Part shown: one piece after another, positions 1 through 8,990 of the stretch
Position numbering within the stretch: the stretch's first letter is position 1
How the letters are laid out: each line of letters begins with the position of its first letter
Assembly (NCBI GenBank): GCA_900768185.1
Contig: CAAGCB010000012.1
Span: 15,461 to 79,460 of the forward strand
Direction: 5' to 3'
DNA from: Alphaproteobacteria bacterium
GTDB lineage: Bacteria > Pseudomonadota > Alphaproteobacteria > CAAGCB01 > CAG-977
DNA length: 64,000 nucleotides
Made by a program: the position numbers and the translations under genes
Notes under the pieces: generated by a model
Told to the model about the DNA's origin: nothing
The model's database searches: none
Seen by the model: the letters and a program-made list of their open reading frames with translations, nothing else

Positions 1-37
1 TCGAGTCCTATTTTGGGCACCAAAGCAAGTTCAAGAC

Positions 38-68
38 AAAGGGGCGGTTAAAGCCCCTTTCTTTTTGA
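38..68 (+). terminator. Rho-independent terminator-like hairpin of an upstream gene
   Basis: GGGGC-ggttaaa-GCCCC stem-loop followed by tttcttttt. Confidence 0.4.
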
Positions 69-87
69 ACGGAAGGAATTTAAATCA

Positions 88-702
88 ATGACGCAAATTT
101 ACTTTCACGAAGGGGATTTGCCCGAAAACGTCCGTTTCGAAAACGCCGTCGCCGTCGACACCGAAACGATGGGGCTGGAATTGAACCGCGACCGGCTGTG
201 TCTGGTTCAGTTGGGGGACGGCAAGGGAAACGCCCATATCGTCCGTTTTAAAAAAGGACGGTACGACGCGCCGAATTTGAAATCGCTGATCGAAGATCCG
301 TCCGTTCTGAAAATTTTTCAATACGCGCGATTCGATGTCGCCGCGTTGTACAAATATCTGGGGGCGGTCTGTCGTCCCGTCTATTGCACGAAAATCGCGT
401 CAAAGCTGGCGCGCACGAACGCCCCGTCGCACAGTCTGAAATCGTTGTGCGAATCCCTGTTGGGCGTCGAATTGGAAAAAGAACAACAATGCTCCGACTG
501 GGGGGCTGACGAATTGTCGCCCGAACAGCTGAAATACGCCGCGAACGACGTTCTTTACCTGCACGCGCTGAAAGAAAAGCTGGACGCTTTGCTGGCGCGC
601 GAGGGACGGACGGAAACGGCGCGCGCGTGCTTTGATTTTCTGCCTCGCGTCGGTATGATGGATATCGACGGATTTGACTGCGGTATCGTGTTTTCACATT
701 GA
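88..702 (+). CDS. 3'-5' exonuclease (RNase D-like DEDD family)
   Basis: 204 aa; DTETMGL acidic motif near N-terminus, YAANDVLY motif, family typical upstream of kdsD in alphaproteobacteria. Confidence 0.7.
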   Translation: MTQIYFHEGDLPENVRFENAVAVDTETMGLELNRDRLCLVQLGDGKGNAHIVRFKKGRYDAPNLKSLIEDPSVLKIFQYARFDVAALYKYLGAVCRPVYCTKIASKLARTNAPSHSLKSLCESLLGVELEKEQQCSDWGADELSPEQLKYAANDVLYLHALKEKLDALLAREGRTETARACFDFLPRVGMMDIDGFDCGIVFSH

Positions 703-705
703 TTT

Positions 706-1698
706 TTGATAAAAGGAACGGCGCGAATGATAACTTCCGGCGAAATACTGCAAACGGCTCACGATGTTTTGGAACAGGAAAGCGCGTCGTTAAAGCTTTT
801 GAGCGACAGCATTGACGATTCTTTCGTCCAAGCCGTCAACGCCGTCAACGCGACAAAGGGACGCGTCGTCATTACCGGCATGGGCAAAAGCGGACACGTC
901 GGTCGCAAAATCGCCGCGTCTTTGTCGTCTTTGGGAACGACGGCGTATTTCGTCCACCCCGGCGAAGCCAGCCACGGCGATTTGGGCATGATTGAACCCG
1001 ACGACATCGTTATCGCCCTGTCCAATTCGGGCGAAGCCCCCGAGCTGAGCGACATTATCGCTTTTTGCCGCCGTTTCGGCATCAAGCTGATCGGCATGAC
1101 CGGACGGCGGGACAGCACGCTGGGACGGCAATCGGACGTCGTCCTGTGTCTGCCGCCCATTCACGAAGCCTGTCCGTTCGGACTGGCGCCCACGACGTCA
1201 ACGACGCTGATGATGGCGCTGGGGGACGCGCTGGCGATCGCTTTGCTGAAACTGCATAACTTTTCCAAAGAGCAGTACAAACTGCGCCACCCCGGCGGCA
1301 AGCTGGGCAAAATGATGCTGACCGTCGCCGATTTGATGCACAAAGGCGATGAAATGCCGCTGGTTAAACCCGGTTTGAACATGGCTGACGCTTTGGTGGA
1401 AATGAGTTCGAAGGGCTTCGGGTGTCTGGGCGTCGTTGACGACGCGGGCAAGTTCTGCGGCATATTCACCGACGGCGATTTGCGGCGCGCCATGGCTCCG
1501 GATTTGTTGACGAAAACGGTCGGCGACGTGATGACGCGCACGCCGACGACGACGACGGCGCAGACGTTGGCGATCGACGCTTTGCGTATTATGAACACGA
1601 CGGGCAAGGGCATTACCAGCCTGTTCGTTCTTGATGACGACAATCGTCCGATCGGGTTGTTGCACATGCACGACTGTTTGCGCGCCGGAGTGGCTTGA
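706..1698 (+). CDS. kdsD: Arabinose-5-phosphate isomerase KdsD/KpsF (SIS + tandem CBS domains)
   Basis: SIS motif VITGMGKSGHVGRKIAASL, C-terminal CBS pair, position upstream of lptC. Confidence 0.85.
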   Translation: MIKGTARMITSGEILQTAHDVLEQESASLKLLSDSIDDSFVQAVNAVNATKGRVVITGMGKSGHVGRKIAASLSSLGTTAYFVHPGEASHGDLGMIEPDDIVIALSNSGEAPELSDIIAFCRRFGIKLIGMTGRRDSTLGRQSDVVLCLPPIHEACPFGLAPTTSTTLMMALGDALAIALLKLHNFSKEQYKLRHPGGKLGKMMLTVADLMHKGDEMPLVKPGLNMADALVEMSSKGFGCLGVVDDAGKFCGIFTDGDLRRAMAPDLLTKTVGDVMTRTPTTTTAQTLAIDALRIMNTTGKGITSLFVLDDDNRPIGLLHMHDCLRAGVA

Positions 1699-2399
1699 TG
1701 ACGCGGAAAGTCGTCGACATCAGCGATGTGAAATGGGGTAAAACCCGCACGGGCGGTGCGGCGGATTGGCAGCGCAGGCAAAAACGGCGCATGAGGACGC
1801 ACAGCCGTCTGGTCGTTTCTTTGAAAATTCTGTTTCCCAGCATGGCGGCGGTTCTGATCGGACTGGTGATTGTCTGGCCGCAGCTGAACGCGCAGCGGGA
1901 AGAACAGATTTCCCTGTTGGCGTCAGAGGTCGGAAATATGGCTTTGCCCGACGATCAGGCAATGGTCAATCCGCGCTTTTTCGCTGTTGACGAAAAAGGC
2001 GAGCCGTTTAATCTGATCGCGAAAAGGGCTTTTGAACTGCCGGGCGAAACGCGCCGTGTCCAGCTGGACGACGTCAAAGCCGATTTGTTGCGCAAGGATA
2101 ACCGTTGGTTCGCTTTGGACGCCGATGTCGCCGTCTATTCGCAAAAGGACGATACGATGGAATTGTCGAAGCAGGTTTTTCTGTACACCGAAACGGGCGA
2201 GGAAATCGAAACGACCCGCGCCGTCATCAATATGAAAACCCGCGACATTTCCGGAAACGAAAAAGTGTTCGCCCGCGTTCCCGCGGGCAACGCCGAAGCC
2301 GACGGCTTTTCCGTTTCGCAAAAGGGAACCGTGATCCGCCTGACGGGAAAAACGCGCGCCGTGTTTTATCCCGAAAACAAACCGAAAGGAAAAAAGTAA
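1695..2399 (+). CDS. lptC: LPS export protein LptC
   Basis: N-terminal TM anchor then periplasmic domain; 4-nt overlap with kdsD and directly followed by lptA-lptB. Confidence 0.6.
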   Translation: MMTRKVVDISDVKWGKTRTGGAADWQRRQKRRMRTHSRLVVSLKILFPSMAAVLIGLVIVWPQLNAQREEQISLLASEVGNMALPDDQAMVNPRFFAVDEKGEPFNLIAKRAFELPGETRRVQLDDVKADLLRKDNRWFALDADVAVYSQKDDTMELSKQVFLYTETGEEIETTRAVINMKTRDISGNEKVFARVPAGNAEADGFSVSQKGTVIRLTGKTRAVFYPENKPKGKK

Positions 2400-3314
2400 A
2401 TGCGCCGCAGTCTTTTCTGGTGTTTGACATGGATTTTCGTTTTCGGAACATCGCCGGCTTTGTGCGCCCGCGTGTCCGGAACGTCCCAAAAGCAACAGGT
2501 CGTTTTGACCAGTGACGGCGGGCTGGAATGGAACAGCGTTAAAAAAACGCTGACCGCCGAAAAAAAAGCGCTGGTCACGCGCGGCGATACGGCGATGGGC
2601 GCCGATAAAATCACCGCTTTTTACCGCGAGGCGAACGGCAAAGACGGCGACGTCTATCTGGTCAAGGCGTTCGGCAACGTCATCATCTCCACGTCGAAAC
2701 AGACGGTCTATGCCGATTCGGCGGTCTATGAAATCGAAAAATCGGTAATTATTCTTAAAGGAAATCCCGTTAAGCTGTTCGCGGGTCAGGAACGCATGAC
2801 GGCGAAAGTTCTGGAGCTGTGGCAAAACAAAGACATGGCGGTTGCCAGGTGCAACGTTACGGCTTTGAAGGATTCCCGCCGTTTGGAAGCCGATGTCGTC
2901 AAAGCCTACTTTGTCAAAAAGGGCAACGCGACGCAGGTCGAGCGTTTCGAAGCCGAAAACAACGTCGTCATTTCGAACGACAAAGAAAAAGTCCAAGGCG
3001 ATTCGGGCGTTTATCTGGTCGATAAGGAAACGGCGACCCTGCAGGGAAACGTCAAAATTTCGCAGGGAAAGAACTTTATCGTCGGCGAAGTCGCCGATAT
3101 AAATATGAAAACAGGCGTAAGCCGCTTGCAAATGATGTCTGAAAAGGGTAAATCTAAAAAGCAGGTGCGCGGTGTTTTCGTTCCCGAAAGCGGCAAAAAG
3201 CCCGTCGAAATCGAAAAACCCAAAGCGCCGACCGTTTTAAAGGGAAACAACAGCGGTGACGATGACGGACGCGAATCAAACGAAAAACTCCTCAGTTCCT
3301 CCGACGGGGAATAA
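2400..3314 (+). CDS. lptA: LPS transport periplasmic protein LptA (OstA-like)
   Basis: Signal peptide, OstA-like beta-jellyroll repeats, position between lptC and lptB. Confidence 0.7.
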   Translation: MRRSLFWCLTWIFVFGTSPALCARVSGTSQKQQVVLTSDGGLEWNSVKKTLTAEKKALVTRGDTAMGADKITAFYREANGKDGDVYLVKAFGNVIISTSKQTVYADSAVYEIEKSVIILKGNPVKLFAGQERMTAKVLELWQNKDMAVARCNVTALKDSRRLEADVVKAYFVKKGNATQVERFEAENNVVISNDKEKVQGDSGVYLVDKETATLQGNVKISQGKNFIVGEVADINMKTGVSRLQMMSEKGKSKKQVRGVFVPESGKKPVEIEKPKAPTVLKGNNSGDDDGRESNEKLLSSSDGE

Positions 3315-3345
3315 CAACGCGCCGCGTCTGGCGGCGACCACCGAA

Positions 3346-4065
3346 ATGGGGTTGCGCGCGACCTGTCTGTCCAAAGCGTATAAAAAACGTCCCGTTCTGC
3401 GTAACGTGTCCTTTAAAGTCGACCGCGGCGAAGCCGTCGGGTTGTTGGGACCGAACGGCGCGGGGAAAACAACGTCCTTTTATTGCATCACGGGGCTGAT
3501 CACCCCCGATTCGGGAACGGTGACGGTTGACGGCATTGACGTAACGTCTTTGCCGATGTACCGCCGCGCGCGGTTGGGGATCGGTTATCTGCCGCAGGAA
3601 GCGTCCATTTTCCGCAGTTTGAACGTCGAAAACAATATCCGCGCCATCTTGGAAATCGCCGAACCCCGCTGGGATCGGCGCGAAGAAATGCTGGAAGAGC
3701 TGCTGAACGAATTTTCAATCGCCCATTTGCGCCGCGCGCCCGCTTTGGCGTTGTCGGGGGGCGAACGGCGCCGCGTCGAAATCGCGCGCGCTTTGGCGTC
3801 TTCGCCGTCGTTCATTCTGTTGGACGAACCGTTGGCGGGGATCGATCCGATTTCGGTCGGGGAAATCAGGGATCTGGTGTCGCATCTGAAACACCGCGGC
3901 ATCGGCGTTTTGATTACCGATCACAACGTGCGCGAAACGCTGGATATTATCGATCGCGCCTATATTTTACACGACGGCGTCGTTTTGATGGAAGGCGATC
4001 CGCAAGACGTCGTGCGCCACGAAGATGTCCGCCGCGTTTATCTGGGTGAAAAATTCGCGCTGTGA
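3346..4065 (+). CDS. lptB: LPS export ABC transporter ATP-binding protein LptB
   Basis: Walker [13 protein letters not shown] signature [15 protein letters not shown], Walker B ILLDEP; start chosen at ATG 3346 (ORF track starts at 3256, overlapping the lptA end). Confidence 0.9.
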   Translation: MGLRATCLSKAYKKRPVLRNVSFKVDRGEAVGLLGPNGAGKTTSFYCITGLITPDSGTVTVDGIDVTSLPMYRRARLGIGYLPQEASIFRSLNVENNIRAILEIAEPRWDRREEMLEELLNEFSIAHLRRAPALALSGGERRRVEIARALASSPSFILLDEPLAGIDPISVGEIRDLVSHLKHRGIGVLITDHNVRETLDIIDRAYILHDGVVLMEGDPQDVVRHEDVRRVYLGEKFAL

Positions 4066-4088
4066 TTTCGCAAGACAGGGGGCGGCAG

Positions 4089-5588
4089 ATGTCTTTGACA
4101 CCTCGTCTGGATTTACGGCAATCGCAAGCTTTGACGATGACGCCGCAGCTGCGGCAAGCCATACGCCTGTTGCAAATGTCGGCGCAGGAATTGGAAACGG
4201 CGGTCGCCGAAGAACTGGAAAAAAATCCTTTTTTGGAACGCGAGGGCGCGCTTGATCTTGGCGATGCCGATCAGCCTTTTGACGATTCCGAAACGGCGGA
4301 ACGCGACGGCTTGCCGGATTTGTTCGATTCAACGGGGGAGGAAAACGCGCCGCTTGACACGAACGACGAACCGACCGAGGACAGCTTTTACGAACAGGCG
4401 CGCGACGCCGAACCTGATTTCGAACCCGATTTTTCGATGAATCCGATGACGGGCGCGGGCGCGACCGGATACGACGGCGATTTTTCAGCCGTCGATTTGT
4501 GTGCCGCGAAACCGCAATCCCTGTCCGAATCCGTCGAACAACAGATTCGGCTGGCTTTTGACGATGAAAGCGACCGCGTGATCGCCCGCGGGCTTGCGGA
4601 AAAACTTGATGGCAACGGCTGGTTGACCGAAAAAACGGACGATGTCTGTTCCCCCGAAACGCTTGACAGGATTTTACCGGAACTGCAGTCGTTCGCGCCG
4701 ACGGGGATTTTTGCCCGCGATTTGGCGGAATGTCTGGCTTTGCAGTTGAAAGAGGGCAATCGTTTCGATCCCGCCATGGCGGCGATGATCGCGCGTTTGG
4801 ATCTGGTCGCAAAGCGCGAATACAAACAGCTGGCAAAAATTTGCGGCGTCGACGCGGACGACGTTACCGACATGATTGATGAAATCAAACGCTTGAATCC
4901 CCGCCCCGCGGCGGCTTTCGACGTCGCGGACGCCGCCGTCGTCGTTCCGGACGTTTTGTCGCGGCGAACGAAAGACGGCGATTTTATCGTCGAACTGAAT
5001 CAAGCCGTTCTGCCCCGCGTGCTGATCAACCGGTCTTATGCCGCGCGGGTGGCGGGGCTGGCGAAAGGCGACAAGGCGGCGAAAAAGTTTTTGACGCAAC
5101 ATCTGTCCGCCGCGAATTGGCTGATCAGGGCGTTGAATCAGCGCGCCGAAACGATTTTAAAAGTCGCCGCCGAAATCGTCGATCGTCAGCGGGATTTTTT
5201 CCTGCGCGGGGAAACGGCGTTGAAACCGATGGTGCTGCGCGACGTCGCCGAAGCCGTCGGCATGCATGAAAGCACGGTCAGTCGCGTGACGGCGCAAAAA
5301 TACATCGCCTGTTCCGCGGGCGTGTTCGAACTTAAATATTTCTTTTCCAGAGCGTTGGAAGCGGAAAGCGGCGGCGACGCCGTTTCGGCGCAGGCGGTCA
5401 GACGGCGCATTCGGGAATTGATCGCCGCCGAAGACAAAGGCGGTGTTTTGTCGGACGAGGCTTTGGTTGCCGCACTGAAAGCCGAAGGGGTCGAAATCGC
5501 GCGGCGGACGGTCGCCAAGTATCGCGAATCAATGGGGATTCCGACGTCGGCGCAACGCAAACGCGACAAACGCCGCGGCGGCGATTAA
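4089..5588 (+). CDS. rpoN: RNA polymerase sigma-54 factor RpoN
   Basis: N-terminal LxLxQ activator-interacting region, acidic region II, C-terminal RpoN box ARRTVAKYRE; start at ATG 4089 preceded by a GGGGG RBS. Confidence 0.9.
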   Translation: MSLTPRLDLRQSQALTMTPQLRQAIRLLQMSAQELETAVAEELEKNPFLEREGALDLGDADQPFDDSETAERDGLPDLFDSTGEENAPLDTNDEPTEDSFYEQARDAEPDFEPDFSMNPMTGAGATGYDGDFSAVDLCAAKPQSLSESVEQQIRLAFDDESDRVIARGLAEKLDGNGWLTEKTDDVCSPETLDRILPELQSFAPTGIFARDLAECLALQLKEGNRFDPAMAAMIARLDLVAKREYKQLAKICGVDADDVTDMIDEIKRLNPRPAAAFDVADAAVVVPDVLSRRTKDGDFIVELNQAVLPRVLINRSYAARVAGLAKGDKAAKKFLTQHLSAANWLIRALNQRAETILKVAAEIVDRQRDFFLRGETALKPMVLRDVAEAVGMHESTVSRVTAQKYIACSAGVFELKYFFSRALEAESGGDAVSAQAVRRRIRELIAAEDKGGVLSDEALVAALKAEGVEIARRTVAKYRESMGIPTSAQRKRDKRRGGD

Positions 5589-5698
5589 ATCACGGTGAAC
5601 GCAACATTTTCTTGACTTACGGCGCGCGGGGTCGTACCTTTTCGGTTTAGGCGGCGCGTCCGCCGCAGGTTCAACCATTAACTTATGAGAACGGCATC

Positions 5699-6259
5699 AT
5701 GAAAATTTCTATCACAGGAAAACAGATCGACATCGGAACCAGCTTGCGCTCTTATGTTGAAGAACGCATCGAAAGTACCGTCAAAAAGTATTTCGACACG
5801 CCTCTGACCGCTTCCGTCGCCTTTTCCAAAGAAGGCAATTTGATCAAAGCGGACATTTCCGCCCACCCGATGAGCAGCGTTTTGATTCAGGGCACGTCCG
5901 CGAACGCCGACGCCTACGCCGCTTTCGACGCCGCCAACGATCGCATTGCCAAGCAGTTGCAGCGTTACAAAAAACGTCTGACCGATCATAAAGCCAGCGC
6001 CGAAACGGTCAACTTCGCCGTTATCGAACCGGAAAAGGAATCCGACGAAGAATCCTTGCCGCAGGACGAAGCCGCGCCCGTCGTTGTCGCGGAAATGCAG
6101 TCCGAACTGCCGCTGTGCACCGTCAGCGGCGCCGTGATGCGTATGGATTTGGCGGACGTTCCCGCTTTGATGTTCAGAAATATCGCTCATGGCGGATTGA
6201 ACATGGTTTATCGCCGCGCCGACGGAAACATCGGCTGGGTGGATCCTCAGGCGAACTGA
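5699..6259 (+). CDS. hpf: Ribosome hibernation promoting factor, long form
   Basis: MKISITGKQIDIGTSLRSYVEERI N-terminus typical of the S30AE/HPF family; conserved rpoN-hpf-ptsN order. Confidence 0.85.
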   Translation: MKISITGKQIDIGTSLRSYVEERIESTVKKYFDTPLTASVAFSKEGNLIKADISAHPMSSVLIQGTSANADAYAAFDAANDRIAKQLQRYKKRLTDHKASAETVNFAVIEPEKESDEESLPQDEAAPVVVAEMQSELPLCTVSGAVMRMDLADVPALMFRNIAHGGLNMVYRRADGNIGWVDPQAN

Positions 6260-6276
6260 AACAGCAGTTTTCGGTC

Positions 6277-6732
6277 ATGTTGATTTCCGAATTGTTGACG
6301 CCCGAATCGATTTTGCCCGATTTAAAGGCGACAAGCAAAAAGCAGGCGTTGCAGGAAATCGCGTCTCTCGCCGCGCGTCGGCTGGGGCTGGAGGATCGCG
6401 CCGTTCTGGACGTTTTGCTGGAACGCGAACGGTTGGGGTCAACGGCGGTCGGGTACGGCGTCGCCGTTCCGCACGGCAAGATGACGGATCTGGATCGGCT
6501 GTATGTCGCGTTTGCCAAATTGGCGAATCCCGTTGATTTCGACGCCCCCGACGGGCGTCCGGTCGATTTGATTTTTCTGCTGTTGACGCCGGAAAATTCG
6601 GGCGGAGATCATTTGACCGCGCTGGCAAAGGCGTCGCGGTTGTTGCGTGACGAAAAGGTACGCACGTTGTTGCGCGGCAGTGATAATGCCGAAGCGATTT
6701 ATTCCGCGTTTTTGGAAAGTGAACAGGACTAG
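6277..6732 (+). CDS. ptsN: PTS IIA-like nitrogen regulatory protein PtsN (EIIA-Ntr)
   Basis: 151 aa from ATG 6277; PTS EIIA type 2 motif with phosphorylatable His in GVAVPHGK. Confidence 0.85.
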   Translation: MLISELLTPESILPDLKATSKKQALQEIASLAARRLGLEDRAVLDVLLERERLGSTAVGYGVAVPHGKMTDLDRLYVAFAKLANPVDFDAPDGRPVDLIFLLLTPENSGGDHLTALAKASRLLRDEKVRTLLRGSDNAEAIYSAFLESEQD

Positions 6733-6762
6733 AAAAAGCTTGCGGAACGCTCGTTCGAACAA

Positions 6763-6800
6763 GATCGGAAAACACGTTTTTTCCGGTCTTGTTTTTTTAT
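6763..6800 (+). terminator. Possible terminator after ptsN
   Basis: Imperfect hairpin gatcggaaaacacg / cgttttttccggtc followed by a T-run. Confidence 0.3.
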
Positions 6801-6850
6801 AAAAAATTGAAAAAAGATATTGACAATAACCGTCAAATGGCGGATATTAC
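6791..6850 (+). promoter_or_regulatory. Sigma-70-like promoter with AT-rich UP element for tRNA-Ala
   Basis: tTGACA at 6820-6825, 17-nt spacer, gatatt -10 at 6843-6848, A/T-rich tract 6791-6819; tRNA 5' end lies 12 nt downstream of the -10. Confidence 0.5.
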
Positions 6851-6860
6851 GTCACGTCGT

Positions 6861-6936
6861 GGGGGTGTAGCTCAGCTGGGAGAGCGACGCGTTCGCATCG
6901 CGTAGGTCAGGAGTTCGATTCTCCTCATCTCCACCA
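6861..6936 (+). tRNA. tRNA-Ala (anticodon CGC)
   Basis: 76 nt cloverleaf; acceptor GGGGGTG / CATCTCC with G3:U70 alanine identity pair; anticodon loop TTCGCAT; TTCGATT T-loop; encoded CCA. Confidence 0.9.
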
Positions 6937-6937
6937 T

Positions 6938-6980
6938 AACAAAGCCGCAGGCGGACGTCTGCGGCTTTGTTATGTTTTTG
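6938..6980 (+). terminator. Rho-independent terminator after tRNA-Ala
   Basis: Perfect 13-bp stem AACAAAGCCGCAG / CTGCGGCTTTGTT with 8-nt loop, followed by tgttttt. Confidence 0.7.
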
Positions 6981-7135
6981 CGTTTGCTGTTCGGACTGTG
7001 CGGAAAACGCCGACAATCCGTCAAGGATTGCCGGTCGTCGTTCCGTTCGGCGGGCGGTTGAAAACGCCGAACGACCGTATGTGCGGAAATAAAAGCGGAA
7101 CGGTCGAAATCAAGGCGTTTCAACCCCTCTTTCCG

Positions 7136-8545
7136 TTAAAATCTGAAATCCCGTTCGCCCGCGGCGATGTGGGTCAAGTGGTCTTGGCAGACATCGCGGA
7201 CTTTCGGATTTGTGATGTTGGCAAGCTCGCGCTTGATCAATTCTTCGCCGACTTTTTTGGTTTCGGGGGACGCGTAGTCTTCCAGATATTCTTTCAGCGT
7301 CATCAGCGCGTTCGGGTGGCAGCAGTTCAAAATCTGCTTTGATTTGCACAAATCCATAAACCTGTCGCCCGTGCGCCCCGCGCGATAACAAGCCGTGCAA
7401 AAACTGGGAATATACCCCATGTCCATCAGCCACTTGATCACTTCGTCCAGCGTGCGGGTGTCCGCGCGGTCGAATTGCGCCGTTTCGGTTTCGCGCACGA
7501 CATAGCCGCCGACCGACGTCGACGACGCGCCGCTGATTTGCGAAATGCCCAAATGCAACGCGCGTTCCCGCATCTTTTGGCTTTCGCGCGTGGAAATAAT
7601 CATGCCCGTGTACGGCGTCGAAACGCGAATGCAGGCAATAATCTTGGCAAAAATATCGTCGGGCAGGGCGTTTTTGAACGACGCGGGGTCGATGTCGTCA
7701 GCGGGGCAGATTCTCGGCACGGAAATCGTATGCGGTCCGACACCGTGGACGGCTTCCAAATGTTCGGCGTGCATCAGCTGACCGACAAATTCGTACGCGT
7801 AGTTTTCCAGCCCGTACAACACGCCCAATCCCACGTCGTCGATGCCGCCCTGCATGGCTCTGTCCATGGCTTCGGTATGGTAAGCGTAGTTGTGCTTGGG
7901 TCCCGTCGGGTGCAGTTTTTCATACGATTCCCTGTTGTACGTTTCTTGAAACAGAATGTACGTCCCGATGCCCGCTTCGTGCAGTTTTTTATAGTTTTCG
8001 ACCGTCGTCGCGGCGATATTGACGTTCACGCGGCGAATCGCGCCGTTTTTGTGCTTGATTGAATAAATGGTTTTAATGCTTTCCAAAATGTATTCAATCG
8101 GGTTGTTGACGGGGTCTTCGCCCGCTTCCAGCGCCAGACGCTTGTGTCCCATATCCTGCAAAGCGACGACTTCGGCGCGGATTTGCTCCTGCGTCAGCTT
8201 TTTGCGGGGGATATGCTTGTTTTTGATGTGATAAGGGCAGTACACGCACCCGTTCACGCAATAGTTCGACAGGTACAGCGGCGCGAACAAAACAATGCGG
8301 TTGCCGTAAAAGTCTTTTTTCAGCTGTTCGGCAAGCCCGAAGATTTCCGCGTTTTTTTCGGGAATTTCGCACAGCAGCAAAACGGCGGCTTCGCGGTGGG
8401 ACAATCCTTTCCACAATTTGGCTTTGGCGATGATTTCGTCAATCAGTTCAGCGTTGTTCGCGTTTTTGCGCGCGTATTCCAGCGTGTCCAGAATTTCGTC
8501 ATGGCTGATAAATTCTTCAGCCTTCATGGATTTTACGTCGTACAT
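7136..8545 (-). CDS. hydG: HydG-like radical SAM tyrosine lyase ([FeFe]-hydrogenase maturase family; ThiH-related)
   Basis: 469 aa; radical SAM CVNGCVYC motif; C-terminal auxiliary-cluster region FCTACYRAGRTG...LNCCHPNAL characteristic of HydG rather than ThiH or BioB. Confidence 0.65.
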   Translation of the reverse strand: MYDVKSMKAEEFISHDEILDTLEYARKNANNAELIDEIIAKAKLWKGLSHREAAVLLLCEIPEKNAEIFGLAEQLKKDFYGNRIVLFAPLYLSNYCVNGCVYCPYHIKNKHIPRKKLTQEQIRAEVVALQDMGHKRLALEAGEDPVNNPIEYILESIKTIYSIKHKNGAIRRVNVNIAATTVENYKKLHEAGIGTYILFQETYNRESYEKLHPTGPKHNYAYHTEAMDRAMQGGIDDVGLGVLYGLENYAYEFVGQLMHAEHLEAVHGVGPHTISVPRICPADDIDPASFKNALPDDIFAKIIACIRVSTPYTGMIISTRESQKMRERALHLGISQISGASSTSVGGYVVRETETAQFDRADTRTLDEVIKWLMDMGYIPSFCTACYRAGRTGDRFMDLCKSKQILNCCHPNALMTLKEYLEDYASPETKKVGEELIKRELANITNPKVRDVCQDHLTHIAAGERDFRF

Positions 8546-8589
8546 TTTTTTTCCTTTCCGAATCGGGACGTCCCCTTTTCGTCAACAGA

Positions 8590-8832
8590 TTACTTTGAAT
8601 AAACGGTTTTCGTCGACACGCCGTCCAGCATGCCCAGCTTGCCCGACAAGGCGCTGACAACGTCCTGCGGCGCGTCCATGGCGACGCTGATGACGCTGAT
8701 GCCGCGTTTGTGGTACGGAATCCCCATGCGTCCGATGATGTACGCGCCGTATTCGTGCAGCAAAGCGTTCAGCGTCATGACGGATTCGGAATTTTCGACG
8801 ACGATGCCGATCAAAGCGACTCTGGTTTCCAT
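8590..8832 (-). CDS. Small ACT-like regulator of the putative iron-only hydrogenase system regulator family (TM1266-like)
   Basis: 81 aa from METRVALIGIVVENSESV...; this family is typically found immediately upstream of hydG/hydE; same strand, 44-nt gap to hydG. Confidence 0.5.
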   Translation of the reverse strand: METRVALIGIVVENSESVMTLNALLHEYGAYIIGRMGIPYHKRGISVISVAMDAPQDVVSALSGKLGMLDGVSTKTVYSK

Positions 8833-8990
8833 TGAATTTTTTCCTCTTGCGCCGCAGGGCAATCCTTTGGCGTCAGACGGACAAAGTATAAAGGCAATTC
8901 CCCCGCGTTGCAAACGCTTTTCGTCTTGAACAAAAGGCGCGACAAGGGTAAAACGGTAGAAATTTCATTTAAACGCCAAGGACGCTTCCC

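Noticed and set aside
1923-3131. 402-aa minus-strand ORF spanning lptC/lptA
   Set aside because: It is antisense to two well-supported genes with clear family motifs. Long antisense ORFs are expected in GC-rich DNA and it has no recognisable motif.
3967-4836. 289-aa minus-strand ORF antisense to rpoN with an extremely Arg/Pro-rich product
   Set aside because: Low-complexity basic translation typical of antisense GC-rich coding; rpoN on the sense strand is unambiguous.
7475-8062. 195-aa plus-strand ORF inside hydG
   Set aside because: It is antisense to the radical SAM gene with an Arg-rich product; a shadow ORF.
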